Shown: piece by piece, positions 17,011-25,844 of the stretch
How positions within the stretch are numbered: position 1 is the stretch's first letter
Layout: the number at the start of each line of letters is the position of its first letter
Origin: a virus
UHGV virus genome: UHGV-1357962
Reading direction: 5' to 3' (one strand)
DNA length: 41,089 bases
Position numbers and translations under genes: made by a program
The notes under the pieces: generated by a model
What the model was told of the DNA's origin: nothing
What the model saw: only the letters and a program-made list of their open reading frames with translations
Databases searched by the model: none

Positions 17011-17698
17011 TACCTCAATGCACGAGATGGAGAGCGACGAATCGCTCCTGTACTCAATGGACCAGAATGCGCTAACCCTGCGTACAATGATGCTCGCAGA
17101 ATGCGTGTCATTTGATGCTGGGCGAAACTGCGTCACTGTCCAGCCGTTACTGCAGACCAACATTGACGGCAATGTCAGCAACATCCCGCCGATAAAAGAT
17201 GTGCCGGTTGGATTCTATCAGGCTGGCGGGTTCGTCATAACCCATAATCCTTCCCCTGGTGATGTCTGTATGCTGCTGATAAGCGACCGAAACATCTCCA
17301 GATGGAAGCTAACCGGTGGCATCGTTGACCCGAAAAGCTCTCAGCACCATAACATGAATGACGCGGTGGCCTACTTCGGCCTGAATGCATTTCCTGACGC
17401 TGTAGGCGGGGTGCAGGATGGTATTGACGTGCGATCGCTTGATGGCTCAGTAAGCCTTCACGTCAATGCGTCATCCATCACAGCAAAGGTTGGGGATTCC
17501 ACCCACAACCTGACGGCATCTAATTACTCGCTGTCGGTTGGCGGGGCAAACACCATGACAGCAACATCTTCAGGCGTGAATTTCGGCGTACCTGTCACCA
17601 TGCCGGATGGGGCGACAATTAACGGCATTTCGTTCAATACCCACAAACATACCGGCGTAGAGACCGGGGGCGGAACATCAGGAGGCCCGACTTCATGA
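17000..17698 (+). CDS. Baseplate central spike (P2 gpV-like), 232 aa.
   Basis: Gly/Ser/Thr-rich beta-strand repeats in the C-terminal part (...VNFGVPVTMPDGATINGISFNTHKHTGVETGGGTSGG). Position before the W-like gene. Confidence 0.5.
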   Translation: MQLDTSMHEMESDESLLYSMDQNALTLRTMMLAECVSFDAGRNCVTVQPLLQTNIDGNVSNIPPIKDVPVGFYQAGGFVITHNPSPGDVCMLLISDRNISRWKLTGGIVDPKSSQHHNMNDAVAYFGLNAFPDAVGGVQDGIDVRSLDGSVSLHVNASSITAKVGDSTHNLTASNYSLSVGGANTMTATSSGVNFGVPVTMPDGATINGISFNTHKHTGVETGGGTSGGPTS

Positions 17699-18123
17699 GA
17701 AGCGATTTCGAACTTGATAGTGATGGGTGGGATTTGGTCATCACCGATGATATTGGCATCGTCGAAAATGCCGCCATGACGTCTCAGGATAGCAAATTTT
17801 CACTCCAGCTAATCCAGGGTGAGGTTTTCGACGACAACCGAATCGGAATGCCGTGGCTTACCGACATGGTAAGCCCACAGGTTAGCATTGCCGCCAAGAA
17901 GCAGATTATTCGTGATATCATTATGACTACGCCTGGCGCTATCGAGATAACACGTCTTGAGGTGGTTGTTGATAATGAATCAGGTATCGCATCGGCGGTA
18001 TTCGAAGGAATTACTGACAACAGAGGGGCGTTCGGCTCCTCCATTGGGCGAATTGAACCCAAGCCGCCAATCACAAATAAAAACGTTGCAGCACTTAACG
18101 ACTACCTCATCATTTTACAATAG
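17695..18123 (+). CDS. Baseplate wedge protein (GPW/gp25-like), 142 aa.
   Basis: Size and ATGA coupling, with the order V-like, W-like, J-like, I-like typical of P2-type baseplates. Confidence 0.5.
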   Translation: MRSDFELDSDGWDLVITDDIGIVENAAMTSQDSKFSLQLIQGEVFDDNRIGMPWLTDMVSPQVSIAAKKQIIRDIIMTTPGAIEITRLEVVVDNESGIASAVFEGITDNRGAFGSSIGRIEPKPPITNKNVAALNDYLIILQ

Positions 18124-18131
18124 GTGATAAA

Positions 18132-20564
18132 TTGGAACTCAAAACATACTTCGCGCAAGATGCTGCTGGCAACATCATTTCATCAGCCATCGTTAACGTA
18201 TTCCTGCAAGGCACGACCACACTTGCCACTGGACTGACTCGCGCTGATGGCACTCCGCTTGAAAACCCATTCGCTGCTGATGGTGCTGGACGTATCCAAT
18301 TCCGCGCCCCTGATGGATATTATGATGTTCAGGTAAGTGCTGGCCCTGGAATAATCCAGACGTTAACAATCCAGTGCGTGGATTATTCTGGAGCAAAAGC
18401 GGATGCTGACCGCGCTGAGGCGGCGGCAGATCGAGCTGATGTTTCCGCTGAACAGGCGCAGAATGCCTTAAACAGCATTACAGGAATCAACTCTAATTTT
18501 GAACAAAACTCACGCGAGCAATGGCGCAGGTCACTAGCAGAAGCAGGGCTAACACTGGTAAGCGGTAGCTTTGAAGAGGGGGCAACGGCCAGCACAGCAA
18601 CCGATGCCGTTTGGCACATTGCTGGTGGGCAGTGCTATACATGGGGTGGTGCTTTCCCTAAATCCGTTCCCGCTGACTCAACTCCTACATCAACCGGTGG
18701 TGTTGGTCCTAGTGCATGGGTTAGTGTTGGCGATGCTTCATTAATATCCAACTTATCATCTTTGGTTGGCTATACTGGTGGAGATGTATATCCAATAAGA
18801 AGTGCATCCATAAGCGAAGGTCAAGAAATACCATCAGGTGTCAGATTTGTCAGGGTTGATGGAAATTTAATGATGATGAGCGAACCATTATCATCACCAT
18901 TAGTAGTGACCAGCTTTGACTCTACATCAATAAACGATACGATTGAACTATACCCAGCATCTTTCTTTAACGAAGTCAATTCTGGGTGGAAGATTGCACA
19001 AAACGATTCACAGTTGGCTCGTCTTCTGCCGTTGGCTGGCAATATAGGGATTGCGTACACTCCGGTTACAGTTGAAGGTATATTCACCATTCAGGGAGAT
19101 ATTCACCTCAAACCATTATTACCGAAAGTGACGGTAGATTCACGCCAGTTCTGGCTTCGTTCACCAAGAACATGGAATGATACAAACAATGAATATGACT
19201 ATACGCCATATGACATCCGCATCGTGGGTAATTTCCTGTTTGATTTCTACCGACAGGATGCGTCATTTGACCCTGGTGTTGGGCTGGCTATGCAGTCTGC
19301 TGGTACGCTTGAGCTTTCCGGGTGTGAATTGCAGGGGGCATGGAATAGCAACGTAACGATGGATTACGGAAGATGGGCGCTTGCCGATAATCTGTACTCA
19401 CATGATTGTGGTCGTGGGAAAATTCAAGGTCCAGACGGCAGCAACCGCACTGGCATGGCGATCATTGTCAATGACCCTACAGAGGCGCACGTCCATCATA
19501 TCCGTTGCAGAAACACTTGGGCCTCATCTTTATTCTTCTCATCACACCGGCCAAACCGTACTCTTAATCTTATGATTCACGATGTGAGCATTAATACCTC
19601 TGGCGGTAATGGTTTGCGTGTTCAATCAGACGACCTTGTGAACGGTTATGGTGATGGCAATGCTATCACAAGAGTTAACATAAACGCCGTTACAATCAAA
19701 AACTGTGAAAGCCACGGTTTTCGAGGGAATTTCCGTAATGGAGTAGTTACTGGACTATATGTAGAAAGTTCGAATGCAGGTGTCGCAATTGAAGGAGCTA
19801 GTGACGTATCCTACGATAACGTTGTTATTCGTAACTGCTCGCAGGGTTTGTTATGCCGCTTCTATCCGGTAGAAAACACAAGGATGCGTTTTTCTAACTT
19901 CTTGATATCAGGTTGCTCTGCTGAGGCTGTTTATTTTTTGGCAAACTCAGCCAATACCACGACTAATCTTGCCGACATCGAGTTTGACGGCATTACGATA
20001 CACGCACTTGCAAATGGTGCAAAAGGGTTTGTTTTCAACGGTGGTCCTGCTGCGGTGCCAACCACAGATTTAACATTAAAAAATGTTCGCATAGTAGGCG
20101 CTTACCCTAACACAGAAAATGGGCACTATATCGTCATCATTAACTGCCGCCACATAGAGGTTGATAATGTGAACTTGAGGGGGTGCAACGGGAGCGCAGA
20201 ATCTTATTTACAGGCACTAGCCACACATAGTGTTATTGTTAACAGACTGGTAGCTGTGCAACCACTCGGGACAGTTAACAGGCCAATATATACAAATGGT
20301 AGTGGTTCTGCCGCTATAGTGAACATTACGAACTGCGTGGCTCCTGACACAACCACAGGCAGTATTGGGTACAACCCTGTACCAACAAAACGTTATGAGG
20401 CTAACAACCAGTTTGGCAATAGCTCACAACCTCAACAGTATCCATTTACCAATTCCGGTGCGTTACGCGGTGGAGACGTAAACACCCTATCTACGAAGGA
20501 TGTTGCTAACATAGTTGCTACGCTTATTAACGACATTAGCCTTGGTAAGTTTATCACCAGGTAA
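18132..20564 (+). CDS. Tailspike/tail fiber (810 aa) with a conserved N-terminal anchor domain and a C-terminal right-handed beta-helix (pectate-lyase-like) domain. Candidate depolymerase. TTG start.
   Basis: N-terminus ...LKTYFAQDAAGNIISSAIVNVF.... The central/C-terminal region shows repetitive beta-helix-like rungs (NGLRVQSDD..., ITIHALANGAKGFVFNG...) and a sharp GC drop from ~18700. RBS GGTGA. Confidence 0.65.
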   Translation: MELKTYFAQDAAGNIISSAIVNVFLQGTTTLATGLTRADGTPLENPFAADGAGRIQFRAPDGYYDVQVSAGPGIIQTLTIQCVDYSGAKADADRAEAAADRADVSAEQAQNALNSITGINSNFEQNSREQWRRSLAEAGLTLVSGSFEEGATASTATDAVWHIAGGQCYTWGGAFPKSVPADSTPTSTGGVGPSAWVSVGDASLISNLSSLVGYTGGDVYPIRSASISEGQEIPSGVRFVRVDGNLMMMSEPLSSPLVVTSFDSTSINDTIELYPASFFNEVNSGWKIAQNDSQLARLLPLAGNIGIAYTPVTVEGIFTIQGDIHLKPLLPKVTVDSRQFWLRSPRTWNDTNNEYDYTPYDIRIVGNFLFDFYRQDASFDPGVGLAMQSAGTLELSGCELQGAWNSNVTMDYGRWALADNLYSHDCGRGKIQGPDGSNRTGMAIIVNDPTEAHVHHIRCRNTWASSLFFSSHRPNRTLNLMIHDVSINTSGGNGLRVQSDDLVNGYGDGNAITRVNINAVTIKNCESHGFRGNFRNGVVTGLYVESSNAGVAIEGASDVSYDNVVIRNCSQGLLCRFYPVENTRMRFSNFLISGCSAEAVYFLANSANTTTNLADIEFDGITIHALANGAKGFVFNGGPAAVPTTDLTLKNVRIVGAYPNTENGHYIVIINCRHIEVDNVNLRGCNGSAESYLQALATHSVIVNRLVAVQPLGTVNRPIYTNGSGSAAIVNITNCVAPDTTTGSIGYNPVPTKRYEANNQFGNSSQPQQYPFTNSGALRGGDVNTLSTKDVANIVATLINDISLGKFITR

Positions 20565-20572
20565 TTAAAACC

Positions 20573-20588
20573 CCCACTTCGGTGGGGA
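20573..20588. terminator. GC hairpin (CCCCAC-ttcg-GTGGGG) after the tailspike gene. Possible weak or bidirectional terminator.
   Basis: Perfect 6-bp stem. It is flanked by A-rich sequence on the + strand and a T-run on the - strand. Confidence 0.3.
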
Positions 20589-20695
20589 AATTATAAAGTT
20601 ACAATCATGGACTTCATTACGATTCACACAAACTATGGCCTGCAAGCGCATGTCATCGCCATGTGATAAAATGAAGAAAACATATCGGGGGTGAA

Positions 20696-21862
20696 ATGGG
20701 TACGACAATTGATGAAACAGGCTTTCATCGCGACAGGTATCAGGATGTTCGCGATGAGAATGCGCAGAGGTGGAATGATTCGTTTCCAGATATGGACACC
20801 AGTACACCGCGCGTTGCTGGTCGCATCATCTCAATACAATCAGCGATCCATGACAACCTGAACGCAAAGGCTGAGTATATCCTTAACTCATTCAGCCCGT
20901 TCACTGCTATAGGCTCGCAGCTTTCTAATCTTGCGCCCCTGATGAACAAGCGCAGATTGCCGCGCATATTTAGCCAGGTAACGCTGCAATTTAACGCAGA
21001 CATGAATGGGGCAAATGTTCCTGATGGCACCATCGTTTCATCATCCGTTGACCGTACCAAAAAGTTTGCCACAACACAGCGGTTAATCATTGCGCCAAAT
21101 GGGTTCGGAGTTGTGCTGGCTGAAGCTATTGAGGCCAGCGATTACAAACCCGCTGCCGGAACTATCACGGTTATTGAATCTGGCGTGTATGGTGTCGTAT
21201 CGGTCACAAACCCAAACGATGGGACGCTGGGCCGTGCGCGTGAAACAGACGCTCAGTTGCGTTTCCGTATGCTGCAAACTTCATCTGCGGCAAGCGGGAC
21301 ACCTGAGGGGATTTACACTGCAATCAGCCAGGTCGATGGCGTGACCTATGCCTCCGTGCTGGAGAACTTCACCGACACAACTAATGACGCCGGGATGCCA
21401 CCGCACTCAATAATGCCGGTGGTAGACGGTGGTGATGATAATGAAGTAGCGCTTGCCATTCTTGAGACACGCGCCGCTGGGATTGATTTCACCACATCCA
21501 CTGACATTCCTGGTGCTTCATGGGAGAGCGTTACCGTTACTAACCCTGCCAATGGACAGCCGGTGATGGTATGGTTTGCAAGGCCATCAAACACCACGGC
21601 GGCGATTGCGATCAACATCAGCACAGATTCAAACTTCCCTACGGATGGGCAGCAACGCATAAAGGATGAAGTGGTTAACTTCGTCAATCAGTGGCCTATT
21701 GGCAAGGTGCTTTATGCCAGCCGACTTTATACGCCTGTTAACCTGGTGCCTGGCGTTGATATAAACTCGGTAACGATTAACGGAACTGACCGCGTTAGCC
21801 TGACGGCATATCAACGCCTGAATATTACTGATGCAAACATCACTATCACGGTGACTCCATGA
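20696..21862 (+). CDS. Baseplate J-like protein (388 aa).
   Basis: Size and position after the W-like gene. GGGGG RBS. Confidence 0.6.
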   Translation: MGTTIDETGFHRDRYQDVRDENAQRWNDSFPDMDTSTPRVAGRIISIQSAIHDNLNAKAEYILNSFSPFTAIGSQLSNLAPLMNKRRLPRIFSQVTLQFNADMNGANVPDGTIVSSSVDRTKKFATTQRLIIAPNGFGVVLAEAIEASDYKPAAGTITVIESGVYGVVSVTNPNDGTLGRARETDAQLRFRMLQTSSAASGTPEGIYTAISQVDGVTYASVLENFTDTTNDAGMPPHSIMPVVDGGDDNEVALAILETRAAGIDFTTSTDIPGASWESVTVTNPANGQPVMVWFARPSNTTAAIAINISTDSNFPTDGQQRIKDEVVNFVNQWPIGKVLYASRLYTPVNLVPGVDINSVTINGTDRVSLTAYQRLNITDANITITVTP

Positions 21863-22509
21863 GTACGTTTTACCAGGAATCATCGCTACAACTGATTGAA
21901 AACCAGTTGCGCGAGTCACCTAACTACATCGAAGTGATTCGCTTGCTGGCTGAGGATTTTGATGAGGCCAGCGATATCTATGATTACATCGCCAAAAACA
22001 TTAATGTCCTCAATGCTCGCGGCGTGTGGCTTGATCTCATTGGCGATATTGTTGGTGTAAGCCGGGTTTTCGAGAAGGAGATTCAGCCAGTATTCTTCGG
22101 ATTCGATGACCAGCCAAATACGACTGGATTCGGGCAGGCAAGATTTAGGGAGCTGGATGATAAGACCACGGCATCATCCGTTCTTAACGATGATGATTAC
22201 AGGGTGGTAATTATCGGTAAAATTGCGAGAAACTATGGTGATGTATCAGAGGTTGGCGTTGCAACATCCGTACTTAACATGACACAGGCCGATAACGTAC
22301 TGGTGTATCAGAGTGGCCCGGCAACCTTCAGCGTTTATGTCATAGGGCTGATTAGTGATAACATTAAGTCAATACTTAATGGCACAGACATTATCCCTCG
22401 CGCAGCTGGGGTTAAGGTGAATCTATTCTTCTCTGGTGACGACAACATATTCGGATTTGCGGACCAGTTAGGGATTAAAGGGTTTGGTGTTGGGCATTTT
22501 ATTAACTAA
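21859..22509 (+). CDS. Baseplate/tail protein (P2 gpI-like; DUF2612-type), 216 aa.
   Basis: ATGA-coupled to the J-like gene. Confidence 0.5.
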   Translation: MSTFYQESSLQLIENQLRESPNYIEVIRLLAEDFDEASDIYDYIAKNINVLNARGVWLDLIGDIVGVSRVFEKEIQPVFFGFDDQPNTTGFGQARFRELDDKTTASSVLNDDDYRVVIIGKIARNYGDVSEVGVATSVLNMTQADNVLVYQSGPATFSVYVIGLISDNIKSILNGTDIIPRAAGVKVNLFFSGDDNIFGFADQLGIKGFGVGHFIN

Positions 22510-22520
22510 GAGGTGATCGC

Positions 22521-23216
22521 ATGGCTCTGCCAGCAGATTTCAGTAAGATTTTCGGTTCTACCGCCACTGGTGGATTGACGCCAATCGGTGATGTTAACTA
22601 TGCAAAGGGTTGGGAATTTGTTGGTTCAAACCCCCCAACGAAAAATGACTTCAGCTATCTGCAAAATTTATCAGACCTGAAATCTCAATGGCTATATTCA
22701 AATAAGCTACAAAGAACAGACCCATTCGGGGACATCAAATCTGATGGTGCAGCAGCAGTGTCAAAAGCACACGCAAATCTTGGTCTTGGAGAAGCGGCAA
22801 AAAGGAGCGTGGGGACAGGTAGCAATCAACTCCCGGACATGTCCACATTTGGTATGTCGCGAAACGGACAAACTTCTTGGGATATCCTCCCAAATGGTAT
22901 GATTCGACAGGCCGGCACTGTGACACTGACACCAGTTGGTAACTTCAACTCTCGGGTTCTTGGTGGGGTAACGTACTACACCCATTACTACAGGGTTAAT
23001 TTCCCCAGACAATTCCCAAATGCACAAATAGCAACGCTGGCAACACTAGCGAGCTACCCCTATTCGGACCAGGCAACAATGGCCGGAAAATCACTGGCAA
23101 CGCATCGCGATACTGATTCTGGCTCTGACGTATCAAGAACGCGATTCACTGTGGCGTATACGACACCCAATCTTGGCGAAATACCGACACTGCATTTTGA
23201 ATCAATAGGATACTAA
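22521..23216 (+). CDS. Short tail fiber protein (231 aa).
   Basis: GAGGTGA RBS, low GC, terminal position in the tail module. Confidence 0.45.
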   Translation: MALPADFSKIFGSTATGGLTPIGDVNYAKGWEFVGSNPPTKNDFSYLQNLSDLKSQWLYSNKLQRTDPFGDIKSDGAAAVSKAHANLGLGEAAKRSVGTGSNQLPDMSTFGMSRNGQTSWDILPNGMIRQAGTVTLTPVGNFNSRVLGGVTYYTHYYRVNFPRQFPNAQIATLATLASYPYSDQATMAGKSLATHRDTDSGSDVSRTRFTVAYTTPNLGEIPTLHFESIGY

Positions 23217-23218
23217 TT

Positions 23219-23452
23219 ATGGGGAAAATATATTTCAGCCCAACGACCGTTGGTTTTTATGTTTCTGAACAAGAGCGGCCTGATGATGCAGTAGATGTAT
23301 CGCCAGAGGTTGAAGAATTTTTGAGAAGATGTGTTATCTGGGGTGCCACTGGGTTTGAAGTTACGCCAACTACAGCAAAAGTGACATACCCGCCGGAGCT
23401 TAAAGAGTACGTTAGTCAGTATAATGCGCCTACTCATTTCCCTGAAGTGTAG
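23219..23452 (+). CDS. Hypothetical 77-aa protein (possible fiber assembly/chaperone).
   Basis: It follows the fiber gene directly. AT-rich. Confidence 0.35.
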   Translation: MGKIYFSPTTVGFYVSEQERPDDAVDVSPEVEEFLRRCVIWGATGFEVTPTTAKVTYPPELKEYVSQYNAPTHFPEV

Positions 23453-23518
23453 GATGGATAAATTGACATAATTAATCTTGTGAAGTTATTTTCAATCATT
23501 ACAACTTCATGTCTTGGT

Positions 23519-23546
23519 GAGCACAAATAATTAAGGGGCCGGTCGG
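23519..23546. terminator. Bidirectional rho-independent terminator between the convergent tail and recombination operons (GGGGCC-ggtc-GGCCCC with T/A-rich flanks).
   Basis: Perfect stem. TTTCTTAT follows on the + strand, and TTAATT follows on the - strand. Confidence 0.6.
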
Positions 23547-23554
23547 CCCCTTTC

Positions 23555-24238
23555 TTATGCCTTGAATTGCTCGCCAAACCTGAAGCCAAGCCGTTCCAGT
23601 TTTGCGTCCATCTCCATGATGAATTGCGGTATGGCGTCGTCGAATTTCTTCATGAATATGTCTGATCGCTCTACTGTTACGATGTGGTCAGTATGTTTTA
23701 ACATGCGCGGGTCATGGCTGTGAAAGTCAACCTTATCAGTTCCCATTACCCACATCTGGAATTGCGTCTGCGCCATGTAGTCTTTGTCCATACGGCCATC
23801 CACGATTAGCTCAATGTGGCGGCGGCTCATGTATGGGCATTTTATCTCCAGTGTAAAATCATCCATCACCCCATCCGGTGAGCAACCGCAGCGCATATCC
23901 ACATCACGGTAAACGAACGGGATTTGTTCCACGACATTCCCGGTCATGAATGAATACGCCTCAATAGCTGCTGGCTCGTGATCAATTCCCCATTGCAGTG
24001 TTTTAGCGCTTACTGGTTCCGCTGGCGCTCCGGTTGCAATCTCTGCAATCAGTGTTGCCATGTACCCATCACGAGTGGCGCTACCTGGCCTGGCCAGTAT
24101 TGCGTCAATGCCTGATGCTGTTATCACGCCGAGGCGCATCATATGCCACTGGAATGACCGCTGCTCAACGGTAACGCAGTCAAATCCAAATATGTCATTG
24201 AATGCAGACAGGCGCGCGCGTAGTTCATCGATTAACAT
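23555..24238 (-). CDS. YqaJ-like viral recombinase exonuclease (PD-(D/E)XK), 227 aa.
   Basis: ...VEQRSFQWHMMRLGVITASGIDAIL... is the YqaJ signature. ATGA-coupled downstream of RecT. Confidence 0.75.
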   Translation of the reverse strand: MLIDELRARLSAFNDIFGFDCVTVEQRSFQWHMMRLGVITASGIDAILARPGSATRDGYMATLIAEIATGAPAEPVSAKTLQWGIDHEPAAIEAYSFMTGNVVEQIPFVYRDVDMRCGCSPDGVMDDFTLEIKCPYMSRRHIELIVDGRMDKDYMAQTQFQMWVMGTDKVDFHSHDPRMLKHTDHIVTVERSDIFMKKFDDAIPQFIMEMDAKLERLGFRFGEQFKA

Positions 24239-25188
24239 CAGAATACCTCTCTATTTGATTGCTTCTCTGCCTGCTTATCCATGATGTTCTGAATGGTGCT
24301 GATGGCCTTGATTGCCTCTTCCTCGGTCAGTTCATCAATGGACCCGATAACGCGCTTTGCAATACTGCCAGAGAAGTATTTCAGGAATGCCTCTTCAGGT
24401 CTGCTGATAAACTCAAGACCTTCACGGATTGCCTTAACCTGCTCTTCCGTTGCCGGACTGATAGCCTTCTCGCGCACTGGCGCACGCTCACGCTGGAAGT
24501 CGATGCCCTCTCCTTGCCGGTTAAGCATGTCGATAGCAGCATCAAGACGAACGCGCTTCGGCCAGTGTTTGGCGGCTCGCTTGATTACGGTCTTGCGAAT
24601 CATCTCGCCTTCGTCTGTTTTCCACGGCGACATTCCGCCTTTTGAGAATGACTCTGAGCGCCCGCGAATGCGGTGGATTTCCTCAATGCTCATCTCTTCG
24701 GTAAGGAATGAGCCATCATGAACTTTTGCCACGCAGTAGCAGCCGACGATTTCGCCGCGCTTGCCAAATGCTGAATACTGATGCTCTGGCGCGGTGTTGA
24801 TGCCGGTATTCACATAGGTGTCATTGGCGTGCACCAGCTTAGTCTGCACCCACAGCACGGATCCGGATTCAATCGCCAGATGCTCAAGCCCAAGATATCC
24901 GATATCCAGGCAAACAGCTCCTTTACGTGGAACAAGGTAAGCCAGTTTTGCCGCCGGGTTAAGGCTGATGCCGATAGCCGCAACGTTGATAATCGCGTTG
25001 CGGAATGATTCCTGATTCTTCATCGCCACCTGACGGGTGAAATCATTATTGCTCAGGTGTTGCAATGCGAACTGGCATTCTTTCGCAAAGTTAATGCGGT
25101 CATCTGAAAGCACGGCCTGAAACTGTTGTTCCTGTGCCATCAGGAATTGCTGCGCCGGTACAAGTGCTGGTAGTAGTGTTGTAGTCAT
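24238..25188 (-). CDS. RecT-family single-strand annealing protein, 316 aa.
   Basis: ...AIGISLNPAAKLAYLVPRKG...LDIGYLGL... is typical of RecT. It pairs with the YqaJ exonuclease. Confidence 0.8.
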   Translation of the reverse strand: MTTTLLPALVPAQQFLMAQEQQFQAVLSDDRINFAKECQFALQHLSNNDFTRQVAMKNQESFRNAIINVAAIGISLNPAAKLAYLVPRKGAVCLDIGYLGLEHLAIESGSVLWVQTKLVHANDTYVNTGINTAPEHQYSAFGKRGEIVGCYCVAKVHDGSFLTEEMSIEEIHRIRGRSESFSKGGMSPWKTDEGEMIRKTVIKRAAKHWPKRVRLDAAIDMLNRQGEGIDFQRERAPVREKAISPATEEQVKAIREGLEFISRPEEAFLKYFSGSIAKRVIGSIDELTEEEAIKAISTIQNIMDKQAEKQSNREVF

Positions 25189-25397
25189 TACTTAATCCTC
25201 ATTGCTGACTGCTTCATCTTGGCTTCACGACGGGCATTCATCAGGCAGAAGTCGAAAGCCTTTCCATTCGGGAAGTCTGACTTTCTCAGATACAAATCTA
25301 GCGCCGCATCTGCGCCCACCTCCGCCGCCTCATGACTGAAACCTTCGCTGATTAAAATCTTCTTGATGTTTCTCTGGATAAATTCTTCGCGGTTCAT
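25188..25397 (-). CDS. Hypothetical 69-aa protein upstream of RecT.
   Basis: Strong AGGAGA RBS. TAATG-coupled to recT. Confidence 0.45.
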   Translation of the reverse strand: MNREEFIQRNIKKILISEGFSHEAAEVGADAALDLYLRKSDFPNGKAFDFCLMNARREAKMKQSAMRIK

Positions 25398-25424
25398 TTC
25401 AGTTCTCCTTCTGATATTATGTCA

Positions 25425-25453
25425 ACCTTAAACAAAAGCGGCAAGATAGTCAA
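25425..25453 (-). promoter_or_regulatory. Candidate internal promoter (TTGACT-17-TAAGGT) whose start region overlaps the conserved GGTTGACATAAT element.
   Basis: TTGACT at 25453..25448 and TAAGGT at 25430..25425. The conserved element lies at 25427..25415, directly upstream of the RBS of the 25397 gene. Confidence 0.3.
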
Positions 25454-25844
25454 CCCATGCCTGTTTAAAAGCTGAAGCGCCGTAGCACAATGCCGCAAAC
25501 TTTTTCTGAGCAACGGCGTTGGTCAAAAATTCCCGCTGCTCTTTGCTAACTGATGACTTAGACTTGATAGCTCTCTTCATCTCAAAAACCGCGCCAGTGC
25601 CCCACAGCGTGACGATATCGCTCACCCCTGACGTTACCCCTTGCTGCTGAAGAGAAGCCCTGTGCTGAGGCTTAGAATCGCTCTCGTTAGGCACATGGAA
25701 CGTCACCTTTCTGGCTTCATGGTAAAACTCCTTCAGCCAGGCCATAGCGTCAATCTGCTCTGAAACCTCAAGTCGGCAATCTCCTTTTGCCTCATCATCC
25801 CAGTAAATCCAGTATCCGTCTGCGTGCTGCTTTTTGACTATCAT
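25428..25844 (-). CDS. VRR-NUC domain nuclease (138 aa).
   Basis: ...GVSDIVTLWGTGAVFEMKR... is the PD-(D/E)xK VRR-NUC motif. ATGA-coupled to the helicase gene. Confidence 0.6.
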   Translation of the reverse strand: MIVKKQHADGYWIYWDDEAKGDCRLEVSEQIDAMAWLKEFYHEARKVTFHVPNESDSKPQHRASLQQQGVTSGVSDIVTLWGTGAVFEMKRAIKSKSSVSKEQREFLTNAVAQKKFAALCYGASAFKQAWVDYLAAFV

